NCBI RefSeq assembly: GCF_037042905.1
Contig: NC_087245.1
Coordinates: forward strand, 6,078,001 to 6,142,000
Reading direction: 5' to 3'
DNA from: Lytechinus pictus
Lineage: Eukaryota
Length of the DNA: 64,000 nucleotides
In this document: in pieces, positions 27,573 to 40,559 of the stretch
Numbering within the stretch: the stretch's first letter is position 1
Layout of the letters: each line of letters begins with the position of its first letter
Notes under the pieces: generated by a model
What the model was told of the DNA's origin: nothing
Seen by the model: only the letters and a program-made list of their open reading frames with translations
Databases searched by the model: none
Translations under genes and position numbers: made by a program

Positions 27573-28335
27573 CATTGATAACTTATCAAAATTGGTGATG
27601 CAATGAATTTCAATTTTGAAGATTGCAATAGATTTGTATCAAAATCATGATACTTCAAATGGCATATTATCTTGTCTTCCTTCATATGTTTTGTTTAGTT
27701 TTGCGCATGGTAATCAGATTTTAATTGTGAATGAAGTTCTGACACGGTTATGTTTTAATGTATTTCTATTGGGAGATTTTTCCAACAGCTGAATACATTG
27801 AAGTGTTTTTCATGCTCTCATTATACTTGAGATGGATATTTGTTCATATACTTGAATTGGATTTTTCTATCTGGTTTTGGAATGCAATAAGTGAAATATT
27901 CAGGTGCAAAGTATTTGTCATTTCATGCTGGTTTAAAACGGGCTGGTATGTTGGTCAAGAATAGAAAACAGGTATACTGCGTATAAAATGATCACTCTTA
28001 TATCAGCCAGAATAGCTAGAGGCAAAGAATGCCAGCCTTCAGGTAACTGTGTCATGTAAGACAGCGACGTCAAGGCTGTACAAAGATTTTATACAAAGAT
28101 GATATATTTTAAATTCATTTAAAATTATTGGAGGGCTTGGAGGCCTACTTGACTACATATGCATGATAACTGATTTAGCTTGGCCAGCTAATGCAAAACT
28201 AGACTAAATTATGAACGAAGGCTTAAAAAATGAATGAAGTGTTTGGCGGCCGATCATATATATAAAATATATTCTCGTTTGGCGGTAATTTGTCAAATTA
28301 TGCCGCCTAAACACTGTTGTCATAAGATATATTGG

Positions 28336-29165
28336 CATGGCATATGTTCTTTAATCCACAATGGTCACTTTTGCAAGGTGTTTAAAGCAGTGAATTATAT
28401 TTTCGCCTCTAGTTATTAGATTTTCCACTTTGATGCCATGTACGTTGATTAATATTTCATATTGAATCGGGTCCTCATTCGGTACCTAGACGAAGGGGAT
28501 TTATTTATAACTTTACATAGTACTTTAAGAACGCAATTGTAGATTTGAATGTAAGGGTGTCACGCTCGAACTTTCAGTTTAGGCCTCACCTGATCTCATA
28601 GGCGGGGAGGCTGGTATTCTGTATACATTTATATTTTATGTAAGGGTGTCACGCTCGAACTTTCAGTTTAGGCCTCACCTGATCTCATAGGCGGGGAGGC
28701 TGGTATTCTGTATACATTTATATTTTTCGTGAAATTTAGGCCTCACCCAAGTTCTCATGCGGGAAGGCTGGTATATATATATATATGTATATTATATGAT
28801 ATAAGTATGACATCTGTAATCCACCGATTTGCCGGTAGCTCATAAATGTAGTTCATAGCTGTGCTGGTATTCCTGTCCGGCTAGCAGAGAACCAGTGGGA
28901 AAGCAGCCGCGAAATTTAACGTTGAATTTTCTGGGAGGGGGGCCTTCTAGCCGGGGGTTTAACCCCCCTTCGGGGAGCTAATTCGAGGCTATCGGTTGGT
29001 TTCAGATATACATGAATGTAAGTCTCTAATCAGAGGTATTCATATCTATGTTTTATACTTATGTGATTGTGACACCAATTTCGGGAAGCGTTCATCTCTA
29101 TTGAATAAAGCCACGACATAATCGCATATTATTTTGTTTTGTCATTTTGTTTGCCGAGAATAATG
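28336..29165 (+). repeat. Split direct repeat B1 (830 bp), containing 2 x 89-bp tandem units plus a partial third, and AATAAA at 29104-29109
   Basis: Matches 29909-30738 (offset 1573). One T/C difference was noticed near the 3' end. Confidence 0.95.
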
Positions 29166-29447
29166 TATTTTAAAGACGACTCGGCGATTTAAAATGATTT
29201 ATTAGTCGGTGAACAATGCCAGGTCATGAAGGTATTTGTAATTTGGAATGGCGCGGTTGACGAGGTGATACGTCACAATGGCGCGCCAGCCTGTTTGGTT
29301 TATGCCCACAATGACAATAATTTGTACTGGGCGCAAGGAGCGCGCATGTTTTGGCGCGCGCGCCTAGGTGTGAAGGCGCGAAAAATCCTTCATTTTAGTC
29401 TTGGCTTTCAACGGAGATGAACGTCCAAAATATTCGCTTGTAATTTT
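29160..29447 (+). repeat. Split direct repeat A2
   Basis: Copy of A1 directly abutting B1 through the shared ATAATG. Confidence 0.95.
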
Positions 29448-29908
29448 CCCACCTCCTCCCCAACAACCACCCATGTAAACGGTACGTTTGGGTCAAACGA
29501 TGTTGGAATATTGTTTAAACACATGCGTTGGAGAAGGTCGAGAATGAAGATACGCTATACGTATCATTCAGAGTTGATTTGTGTTTTATTGGAATGTACA
29601 GCTCGTTCAGGATGGAATAACGGGATGTAGAACTGTCGATAATGGACATTTGAATTAGTTTACTTACATGAATATAATATTGATTTATATAACGAAACAC
29701 GAATTCAAATCCGGAGGCAGTTTGCCTGGTCGCACACCAAAACAATACCAAGATCGTCGTGCATTTAGAAATGTGGGCCGTAAGGGAATTTTATCCTTCT
29801 GATCTATTTTGGACTGTGGTCAGGTGGGTTTTCGCCCTTACCCGTTTTTGTGGCTGGGTGTTCGTTATATATTGGTAATTCACATGAATTGTATTGTCAT
29901 ATTATTGT

Positions 29909-30738
29909 CATGGCATATGTTCTTTAATCCACAATGGTCACTTTTGCAAGGTGTTTAAAGCAGTGAATTATATTTTCGCCTCTAGTTATTAGATTTTCCA
30001 CTTTGATGCCATGTACGTTGATTAATATTTCATATTGAATCGGGTCCTCATTCGGTACCTAGACGAAGGGGATTTATTTATAACTTTACATAGTACTTTA
30101 AGAACGCAATTGTAGATTTGAATGTAAGGGTGTCACGCTCGAACTTTCAGTTTAGGCCTCACCTGATCTCATAGGCGGGGAGGCTGGTATTCTGTATACA
30201 TTTATATTTTATGTAAGGGTGTCACGCTCGAACTTTCAGTTTAGGCCTCACCTGATCTCATAGGCGGGGAGGCTGGTATTCTGTATACATTTATATTTTT
30301 CGTGAAATTTAGGCCTCACCCAAGTTCTCATGCGGGAAGGCTGGTATATATATATATATGTATATTATATGATATAAGTATGACATCTGTAATCCACCGA
30401 TTTGCCGGTAGCTCATAAATGTAGTTCATAGCTGTGCTGGTATTCCTGTCCGGCTAGCAGAGAACCAGTGGGAAAGCAGCCGCGAAATTTAACGTTGAAT
30501 TTTCTGGGAGGGGGGCCTTCTAGCCGGGGGTTTAACCCCCCTTCGGGGAGCTAATTCGAGGCTATCGGTTGGTTTCAGATATACATGAATGTAAGTCTCT
30601 AATCAGAGGTATTCATATCTATGTTTTATACTTATGTGATTGTGACACCAATTTCGGGAAGCGTTCATCTCTATTGAATAAAGCCACGACATAATCGCAT
30701 ATTATTTTGTTTTGTCATTTCGTTTGCCGAGAATAATG
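29909..30738 (+). repeat. Split direct repeat B2 (right terminus)
   Basis: Copy of B1. It ends GCCGAGAATAATG, after which LINE ORF2 resumes. Confidence 0.95.
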
Positions 30739-33682
30739 ATATAAGTAGCTTTCAATCTCCATTTAATGTAAACAATGCAAACAATGTTTCCAGTAAATAT
30801 ATATTTTCTGATGATTTTATCCCTAAGTATCATTCTACTTGTGACAACTTTTCTTTATTACATGTTAATTCCAGAAGTCTTGTTCGTAATTTTGACGACT
30901 TACAGCTTCTTCTGAAATCTCTAGATTATAAATTTACCGCTGTCGGGATTTCTGAAACATGGTTTCGTGATAATATTTCAATTGATATGTATAATATTGA
31001 TGGATATTCCCTTGTTCACACTGATAGAGTTGGTAGAAATGGAGGAGGAGTAGCATTGTATATAAGAGATGGCATTGATTATAACTTGTGCAATATGATA
31101 TCATTAAGTAAAGATCACTGTGATACTGTTTTTGTAGAAATTAATCAACCAAAAAAGAAATCTCTTGTAGTTGGTTGCATTTACAGAGTACCCAATACTG
31201 ATATAACTTTATTCAACGAAACACTTTCAAATATTCTTACTGACATTAACTACTCAAAAAAGGACATTTATCTATTAGGTGATTTCAATATTAACTTAAT
31301 CAATTATAACATTGACAACAAGACAAATGAATTCTTAAATACTCTTTTTTCATGTGGCTTTTTTCCATCTATTAACAAACCTACACGTGTGACAAGGCAC
31401 TCTGCTACGTTAATAGATAACATTTTTACTAACTGTATTGATATGAACAATAAGTATGGTATAATTTATTCTGATCTTTCGGATCACTTTCCAATTTTTC
31501 ATATTACTGACACCAAGTCTATTCCAATTCATTTGCATCATTGTAAGTCACGTATTATAACTGAAGAAAAAATATTGACATTTCAGAGAAAGCTTCTATC
31601 AATCGACTGGTCTCCAATTTATAGTAATTCAGATGTTAATGTCTCATATGACCTATTTATTCACAAACTCACTTCCCTATACTCTGAATGTTTTCCTTTA
31701 ACCAAAATAAAAATAAAAAAGTATAATAAACCTTGGATTACTCATGGTATCATGAAATCTATCAAAAGAAAACATAGACTTTATTGTTGCTATATCAAAA
31801 AAAGAGACTCTCAAAGTCGAAATAAGTATATTGAGTATAAAAATACATTAACCTGTACTATTCGTCAGTGTAAAAAAATCTTTTATGAAAACCTATTTAG
31901 CAAAACAAAAGGCGATATGAAAAAAACCTGGTCTGAAATAAATAATATATTAGGTAAAAAGAAAGACTCACTTCCATCTCATATGTATTTTAACCAAGAA
32001 AAGATTTTTAGTAAAACATCAATCAGTGAAGCTTTTAACAAGTATTTTGTTAATGTTGGTAAAACTACGCAAGAAAAGATTCCCAATCCCGTCTCTCATT
32101 TCACTGACTATTTATCAAACCCTGTACCTTCTTCTTTATTCTTTAATCCCACTTCTAATACTGAAATAATTAATGTTCTGTCGTCCATGAAAACATCTGC
32201 TTCACCAGGTCCTGACTCTATTGCTGGTCGTGTTATAAAGAAGTGTATTCATTCCATTTTAAACCCTCTTTGTTATATCTTAAATGAATCTTTATCACAA
32301 GGAATAGTGCCAGATAAGCTTAAGACTGCTTTAGTTGTTCCCATCTTTAAAAGGGGTGATCGACATGACATTGTAAACTACCGTCCAATTGCTTTATTAC
32401 CATTCTTTTCCAAGTTATTGGAAAAGTTAGTATATACCAGGTTGTACAAATTTCTAACAGTTAATCATGTTTTAATACCACAACAATTTGGATTTAGGAA
32501 GAACTTTTCTACTGACCTTGGTGTCCTAAATTTATTTAACATAATTTCAAAAGAAATAGATGATGGTAATTTTTGCCTTGGTGTCTTTATGGATCTGTCT
32601 AAGGCTTTTGACACCATTGATCACCACATATTGTTAAAAAAATTAGAATATTATGGAGTTCGAGGAATTCCCCTTCAGTGGTTTCTTAATTATTTATTTA
32701 ATAGAAACCAACATGTGGTGATTGATGGTGTCAAATCTCAACACAGAGACATATCTTGTGGAATTCCTCAGGGCTCTGTGTTGGGCCCCCTCCTGTTTCT
32801 TGTTTACATTAATGATATAATTAATAGCTCCCCAATTCTAAACTTTTCATTGTTTGCTGATGACACAACAGTCACATTATCTCATAAAAAAATAAATAAT
32901 CTTGTCTCATCAGCAAACAATGAATTAAGAAAATTAAATGATTGGTTCGTTTGCAACAAACTGTTTTTAAATTTAGACAAAACAAAGTATATCATTTTTC
33001 GAACTCGAGGCAGGAGGGACCCTCCTCATTCTCTAAATATTTTTCTTGGTGTACATAATATAAAACAAGTAAAACATTTTCAATTTTTAGGAGTAATTTT
33101 TAATGAACACCTCTCTTGGAAACCACATCTCAATTCAATCTGTACCAAAGTTTCAAGATCTATTGGAGTTATTTCTAAAATTAGACATTTTGTTCCCCAT
33201 TCAATTTTAATTACTCTTTATAACAGTATCATACTTCCTCACTTAAATTATTGTAACATTGTATGGGGTCATACATTCAAAACACACTTGGATAAATTGA
33301 CAATTTTACAAAAGAAAGCAATAAGACTTATCTCAAATGCTCCTTTTAGTAGTCATACAAAGCCTTTGCTTTTACAATCAAATTTATTAACTTTAAAAGA
33401 TATGATATCATTAAATTCACTAGTTTTTATGTACAAGCTTAATGCCAAAATCTTACCACCTCTCTACAGTGACATTTTTGTTTCAAATTCTCAAATCCAT
33501 TCTTACTTTACCCGTCACACAAATGCCTACGCCCTCCACACGTTCGAACATCAATTGCTTTTAATTCATTTAAGACTTACTTCCCCAAACTATGGAATGA
33601 AATTCCAAATGATATAAAAAATAGTTCTACTTTATCAAGATTTAGATCTTTATGCAGGAAAATGTTATTTTCCGTTTATTGA
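30739..33682 (+). pseudogene. LINE ORF2 (APE endonuclease + reverse transcriptase), main part; 1-nt frameshift near 33530
   Basis: Motifs LHVNSRSL, GISETW, GGGVALY, IYRVP, LLGDFN, LSDHFP, NYRPIALL, QFGFR, DLSKAFD, GIPQGSVLGPLLF, FADD and FLGV. The expected C-terminus (PKLWNEIPNDIK...SRFR) continues in a shifted frame to TGA at 33680-33682. Confidence 0.95.
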
Positions 33683-36600
33683 TCGAATGCATGTGATCTC
33701 ACATCTTACATTAGTGCTTCACCCCCCCCCCCCTTTTTTTTTTACCTCATTCTTCTTTTTTTTTTCTTTTTTTTTTTGGCTGCAGGAGTGTTTCTTTTAA
33801 TTTTGATCTAGGATTTTTACTCTTTAATTTTGTCATTTGTAATGTATTAATGTATCGTGGTGACCCCTTTTATAAGCATTGCTTCTCCGGGGTCTCCGAA
33901 CCATCTATTTGTTGTTGTTTTTCTGATACTTTGTTAATACTGTATATTGTACTGTTTTTATCCTTTTGATGGTTGACTAAATAATTGAATTGAATTGAAT
34001 TTAATTGAATTGTGTCGGGGGGGATATTACGCGTTCCTTTAATCCTTGTGGCTACCACGGTTGATTGATATTTACCATGAAAGACATTGATGCACCATTC
34101 TCCAAGAAAGTAGACTGGAAGGGGTGCGGTTGCACATAAAACAATGAAGAAAATAAACTTAATTCCAGAGAGAACCCGAAGGATAGGATACACCCAGATA
34201 TTAACACCGTATCCCAACCAAAATATCCTGCAAGAAAATATGAAAAATATACATTGGTTTAATTATTTCCTTTCACATCATTTTCAAATATTAATGCTTT
34301 AACTATTTGATTAAAAAAATATATATCTAGTTTGCTTTGTCCAATGGGAAAAGCACTCTTAATATACATCTTAGCTTGTAAAGCATCTCGCCTGGTTAAA
34401 ATACCGATCACTTCATATAAACCAAATTAACATTGTATGTTTGGAATTTGCGGAGCAAATAAAGGATTGATATTTTTCTTCAATATTTAATGCAAATAGC
34501 TGAAATTATCAACACTACAATTTCTTCTTTCTTATTCCATGTGTTTTTAATTACTAATGAACTATTAGGAGTCGTGTGGAAGGTTTATGGTTCATCATTG
34601 TGGTTAGTTCTGAAACGTAGGCCTACTGATAACAAGGTGGAATGAAGAGAAAGTGATGAGAAATTGAATAAAAAAATGTAAAAAGATGGGAGTTCTCAAC
34701 GTTATGAGCAGCTTGACTGCCCTGTCATTAATCCTTGATTGGCAGTGAATATATGTTATTTCTCCAAGGCTTCACCATCGAGCCGCTATCTACTCCTCAC
34801 TTGCTCCTCCGAGCCGTCGTATTTCATCTGATTACAGTCTTTTTAAAATGAAATTCACCTTATCCCATGAAAGATTCATACACTCTCTTATCTTCTTTCT
34901 CTTTCCTTTTATTTCTCATCTTTCAATTCTTTTATTTCTCTTGTCATCAAATACACAGTGAACTGTAAATCCCCTAATTCATAATTTTTATCATTGAATA
35001 TGATAGACTTGTATAAAGGCGTGAGAGTTCTATAGTCTACAATTTCCTGACATTACTAGATACAGATGTCTAAATCGTTTCCCAAGATAGTATATGTCCT
35101 GAAAATTTTGTGAAGTGTTTAACAACAAAACAAATTTGGTTGAAACTAGATTAGATGGTAAACGCAAGGTTCATTCATATCATTTCGTATAAACATTAAT
35201 TTTCTTTTATTTGACAAATTTGTTTATATTTGTAAACATAAATTCATACAAAATCAGTTTGTCGAGAAAAAAAAATTTAGTTAATTTTTTTTTCTCGACA
35301 GAAGGCGTAAGTCCCTAAAAGAAAAAAGCTTGTGGCGGGATACGCCTGCAGAAACATATATGTTACAAAAATGCAATACAAAAAAAGAAGAAGGGCCGTG
35401 TAAAGGGAAGGGTAAAATTATAATTCTACAAACCAAGCCATGTAAAGAGCCGAGAAGAGTGAGAGAGTTGTAACACCACGTATCTTAGATGGAGGTTTGT
35501 GACGTATCAACCACATGTCAACTAATAAGATTGGTAAGACGTTTGTATGCTGGTGATGCAAAACATATTATAGGAAAACTTTGAATTTTAAAAGCATCGA
35601 TTTATGTATAATTATCATACATTTGTAAATGCTAGCGGTTGCCATCTTGTACCATTCAAATCATCTCCTTACTATCAATCTTACTATCAATTTTGTTTTG
35701 TATATTATTATCATGTATTGTGTGTTTTTTTTGTAATTTATTGTGTAATTTTTAATGTTTTTAACTGTATAGACAGGGCCACTTGGCAGAACAATACTCG
35801 ATATTGAAAGGGCTACAATGTATAAAGAAGACCAAATAAATAAATCATGAAATAACTGCTTTATAAGGGTTTAGAATGTATCTGGGAGTCAAACATTCAA
35901 TCTGTAATTTGGAAACTCTTCGAACAATCTCACAAGATATTAAGTGAAAAAAAAATTACTAAAACATGGTTGAGCCAAACTGGAAAGAACTCGTCCAACT
36001 CTTTTGGAAAGACCAATTTTCTATCAATAGACCAGAGTATCCAAAACATGCTAACCACCATCTACAAAAGAGGAGAGATAAAATTATACATCTATTAATT
36101 GTAATAAAATTATGTTCCCAATTTGCGACAACCGTAAAAAAAACTGATTATACATTTGTTCTTAACTAGACAGTGGCAAGATACGTATAATGTAGTAAAT
36201 GATGTAGTGAGATTAGTGACCGTTTTGTGAAAGTAATGAAACATTTTCCAAGGCTATTTAAAATGTAGATATTTGCATTTTTTCGAAATGAAAAGTTTTT
36301 AATACACAGGGGAATACAACTTACGTCATTAAAAAAACACATTGCAATGCGCAATATCATCCTTGATAATCACTTAATTTAGATCAAAACTGCGGGTTCA
36401 ATGGAGACCGATGATTTATAATCCAACAAATATGACAAAAAAGACAAACATAATTGAAATTTGTACAGGTCAATCATTCGTATCAAAACGCCCTACAGAA
36501 TTATATTATCCGAATCATGCTCAGATGCTGTGTATATATTGTAAATACATAACAGGTCACAAATGAATATGAGGGGATAATCAGGGTTCCCAGCCCATCA

Positions 36601-38859
36601 GGGAAATCAGGGAAAATCATTTCACTTTTTTTTGTATTTCATTATATAAAATATGAAATATCTTAATTTTCTCCTCATTATTGAAACAAACATTTATTCC
36701 TCCTGGGCATGTGGTATTACCATTGTTCTTTTATTTTGTGGAGCACTTAAGTTGGTCATTATTGTCAAATCTAAAAATTTAAATATTGAGTAGTTCAAAC
36801 AATAACAAAAAAATAAGTAGTGAGTGAGGAAAATCATCGACTCCCTCATTTGCCGAAACTTTTAAATGTCATAATTTTCTTATTATAGATCCGATTTTGA
36901 TGAAATATTCAGTGAATGATTGTTTAGTTTTTATTTATTGATTCAAATCAACATTTTTTGGGGGGTGTAATTGACCTTTAAAGATTTACATTATTTCGGT
37001 GAAACAGTTTTATTCATGAATATTCAATTAGCAAATTGATAATGCCACATCCCCACTTGTTCTTAACTTAAATCTTATTATATGAAATTATTTTTATTCA
37101 AATTTTGTCCTCCAAGAATAAAAACATGGATTGACAACTGATTTAAAGCATCAGCTATTCATTACTGCATTTTATTTTCTTACAAGGGAGACACACACTT
37201 GTATCGAAATCTGAAATAATTATGATTTCATGTTATAACATAATGAAAATGAAAGTGGGGATATGACATCATCAGCCCAATTAATGAATATTCATGACAA
37301 TGTGCGTATAACTGGTAAATTGCTAAACTTTAGAATTTGTATTTTCCGCGAGGAACTTTCCCTTATACAGAGTGGTTGTCATATTACCGGGTTGTTGTAT
37401 ACTTTCCGGGGTAAATTTCTTAGGGGATAGTTGACCTAGTGGTTTCGGGGTAGCTATTCAGGGGAGTATGTATCATAACCTAGAACCTATATAGGTTAAA
37501 TAATCAACTTTTTGACAATAAAGGTGAATAAAAGCTACAAAAATAATTGTTAAAAATTGTGTTTTAATGTTGCCGAAAAACATGTTATTACTGGGCCTTT
37601 AAGTAGAACAGAGCCATTTTATCAATGGCTCTGAATAGTGGTCCATTCGTATCTTTTCAAGTGTTTATATATTTATATTTAATCTTATATCTTGTGCAAT
37701 GTACTTTTACGTGATATTTATACGGTAAAGAAAACCAAACCATTAGATTTTCGTGAGCCTCCCATGTACTCATGATAAAAGAGTAAATAGCAAATTATTA
37801 ACTAAGTTTGTTTAGTAATAAAGAATGGTCTGGGTTTTATAATCGTAATTATGACATCCACTTTGTTGCTAAGCGATTCGACAGTCATTGATAAACCATA
37901 TTTCAATATTTAAATTCTGTTATCCTCTCCTTACAACTTCCCACTAATGAAGTCTTTTGAAAGAGAGTATGATAATCTTACCATTCCTACAGGGAAAGCA
38001 ATAGAAGATAGAAACCAATCTCTCATGGTATGCATCTTTTGGGGTTTCATGCCCATCATCTCCATCACATTAGCTACACAACATAAGAAGAAGTAGACAA
38101 TCTGAAAGTACTACAAAGATCATACAATGAAAATGTGTTAATTGTTGAACAATTATCTGAAAATGTAGGGCCAATGTACCGCTACATGGCAAAACCTTTA
38201 TCAAGCAAAAGGGCATGATAATAAACTTGTATTTATACATAGTAAAACCAATCTTAATAACAAATTCATGTCTATGGCTGACTGTTATTTCTCGACGGAA
38301 ACCACATTATTGACAAAGTGAATCCCTTCAAAAAAATAAATAAACAGGCTTGTTTACCAGGATACTTTTAGAAACTATGTTTTTTTCTCACAGAATCCAG
38401 TCCTTGAACAGAACAGGATATCAACCATTCGGAGATGAACCACATAAATTGTGGTTATATACTTCAAAGAAAATCATCAGACCATTAAGCATAAGGATTT
38501 CCTACTGTAGCCACAATTGAATATTCTATTTTATTTCTCATTAATCTTTACAAAATCAAGTATGCACAATATATATCGTAAAATGTTTTCGACATAATAC
38601 TTTATATTTTATATGAAATAAAAAAAAAAGGTTCGTAGATTTTTTTGTAATCGTTCCCTCCCACAATTGTGTAAATTATTTAATTTCGGATCTCTGCTTG
38701 AGAAAAGAATCGTAATATTTTGCCGTGAGGTAAAGTTTGACCATCTTCTTTACAATATATTCCGGATACTATGATTTTCACATTATATTGCATAAGGAAT
38801 TATCATATCAAAGTTATTCGGAATTAATTAACGTGAAGCAGTCCCTCCTGCATTCATGG

Positions 38860-39283
38860 AATGTGAACATATGCATTTTTATGGTTCAAATCTATGGAAC
38901 AGTTTACCCCAGAATATGCAAAGTGTAACATCTTTTCCCATATTTAAGAAACAATCTAGAATTTTAACTCTTACCTCCGAATTTAAAGCAAAGCAGTATT
39001 GATTTTGATTTAATGTAAATATTATACTTTTTATGACTTATTAGTTATTTGAAATTTAATTTAAACTTAATATAAATACTCTGCTTGTATGTGATTTTAG
39101 TTTTTTAATTTAAATTTAATGTGATTTTACTTGAGTAAATATTTGTAGTTAAGTATATAGTTTTAAGTTTTTTGTGTGTAAATTGTTATTATATGGATTT
39201 GTTTTTATTGTGCAGGGCTCCTTGGTAGAGCAGTTTTGTAACTGGAAGGGCTACCCTGCTGAAATAAAACAGAAATAAATAAA
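38860..39283 (+). mobile_element. 5'-truncated L2/CR1-type LINE end
   Basis: FYGSNLWNSLPQNMQSVTSFPIFKK matches the ORF2 C-terminal motif. It is followed by CAGGGCTCC...GGGCTACCCTG and (TAAA)n. Confidence 0.7.
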
Positions 39284-40559
39284 TGATACCAAATCGTCTT
39301 AAAATTAAGGATCAACAGTTGGTTAAGTTTGTAATAATGAAACAACTTGGTCAAACTAGACTGAGCTCAATGACTTTTGACCTTGATTTCGAGACCTGAA
39401 ATTTATTTCAAACCTGTCAAATGATCGATGACACTTGATCGCACAATTAACCAAATAGGGGAAAATGTAAGATACGCACTTAAAGTTATGATGGCATTTT
39501 TAGAACTAACATGACCAAGCTTTTGTTCATAATAACAAACAAATTTAACAATATAGGTAGGTATACATGGATGTATAGTAATAAAGTTATGCCTAATTGC
39601 ATGCGATCGAGCGACAGGACATTTCATTCATGCACGTGCACCGCAGCCATGCTGAGTATAAATATGATCCACTAATTATAGAGGTATATGTATATTTATT
39701 ATGTTCATGTTCTTACCCAGCACCACATAGTAAGAAATTTAGTGTCGCCTCCATATTGATAGCTCTTAGGTCGAAAATCTGACGCATTTACCCGATAGTA
39801 AACATGCTCACAATAGTAGTAGTATGAGAAGCAATAGTAGGCAAAAGCCAAGGCGTGGAATATTTTGCCAGCAGAATCCATTTTGAATGGGAAGTAGTGT
39901 AGAGATTATCAATGTTGTCAACATGTTAATCAAGTACTTTGTCTTATTATGCAAACAGGCTTCATAGTCTGATCTCAAGTCCCGAGGTCATTGCAGAAAA
40001 ATTAATCCTATCATCTGGTTCGATCTCTTCGGAAATATGAAATGCAAAGAATAATTGGGCCTAGAGATGACATCACGCGCTTGCTCAATGTATATTTATG
40101 AAAACATGCATAACAATTAATAACTTTTTTTTTTGGTCCGATTTTCATTGTTTTGTTTTTCTGATTTTGCAAGATCTGTTCAAATCACATTATTTCATCA
40201 TGGAGCCCCCCCCCCCCCTTAAATCAAGCGGGAGTATAGAGTACAGAAATCAATATCATGACACATTATCCCCATCCCACCACCTCTGTATCCGAATCTG
40301 ATCTGAGACATTGAGAGGTTTTTTATGGAAATACGTGTCAGCTAGCTACTGAGGATAGGAAATGCACTTCGATCAGTAAATAGACTTGATCTTGCATTGA
40401 CCTTCATTGCCTCCATGGGACAGTCATTCTCATCGTAAGTTTATAGTGACAAATGAATAAAAAGATTGGTTACAGGCCGATCTCAGGGGCAACCACCTTC
40501 TATCATGTCTATTGGTGTGTTGTAGGTTCGCAGTTTAGAAACATCATGTTACTGAATAC

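Larger units (their letters stand above)
21873..30738 (+). mobile_element. Non-coding split-direct-repeat element (A1-internal-B1-A2-spacer-B2); probable non-autonomous PAT/Ngaro-type tyrosine-recombinase retrotransposon
   Basis: A1 21873-22160 matches A2 29160-29447, and B1 28336-29165 matches B2 29909-30738. ATAATG occurs at both ends and at the B1|A2 junction. Removing the element restores the LINE ORF2 frame. Confidence 0.85.
19787..34012 (+). mobile_element. Near full-length L2/CR1-group (L2/Crack-like) LINE with two nested insertions
   Basis: ORF1, APE-RT ORF2, a 3' UTR stem (GGTGACCCC...GGGGTCTCC) and a (TTGAA)n tail at ~33984-34012. The 5' boundary is approximate. Confidence 0.9.

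Noticed and set aside
21873..30738. Interpretation as a classical LTR retrotransposon or solo LTRs
   Set aside because: The two termini are different sequences (A versus B), there are no TG...CA ends, and the flanking hexamer also occurs at the internal junction.
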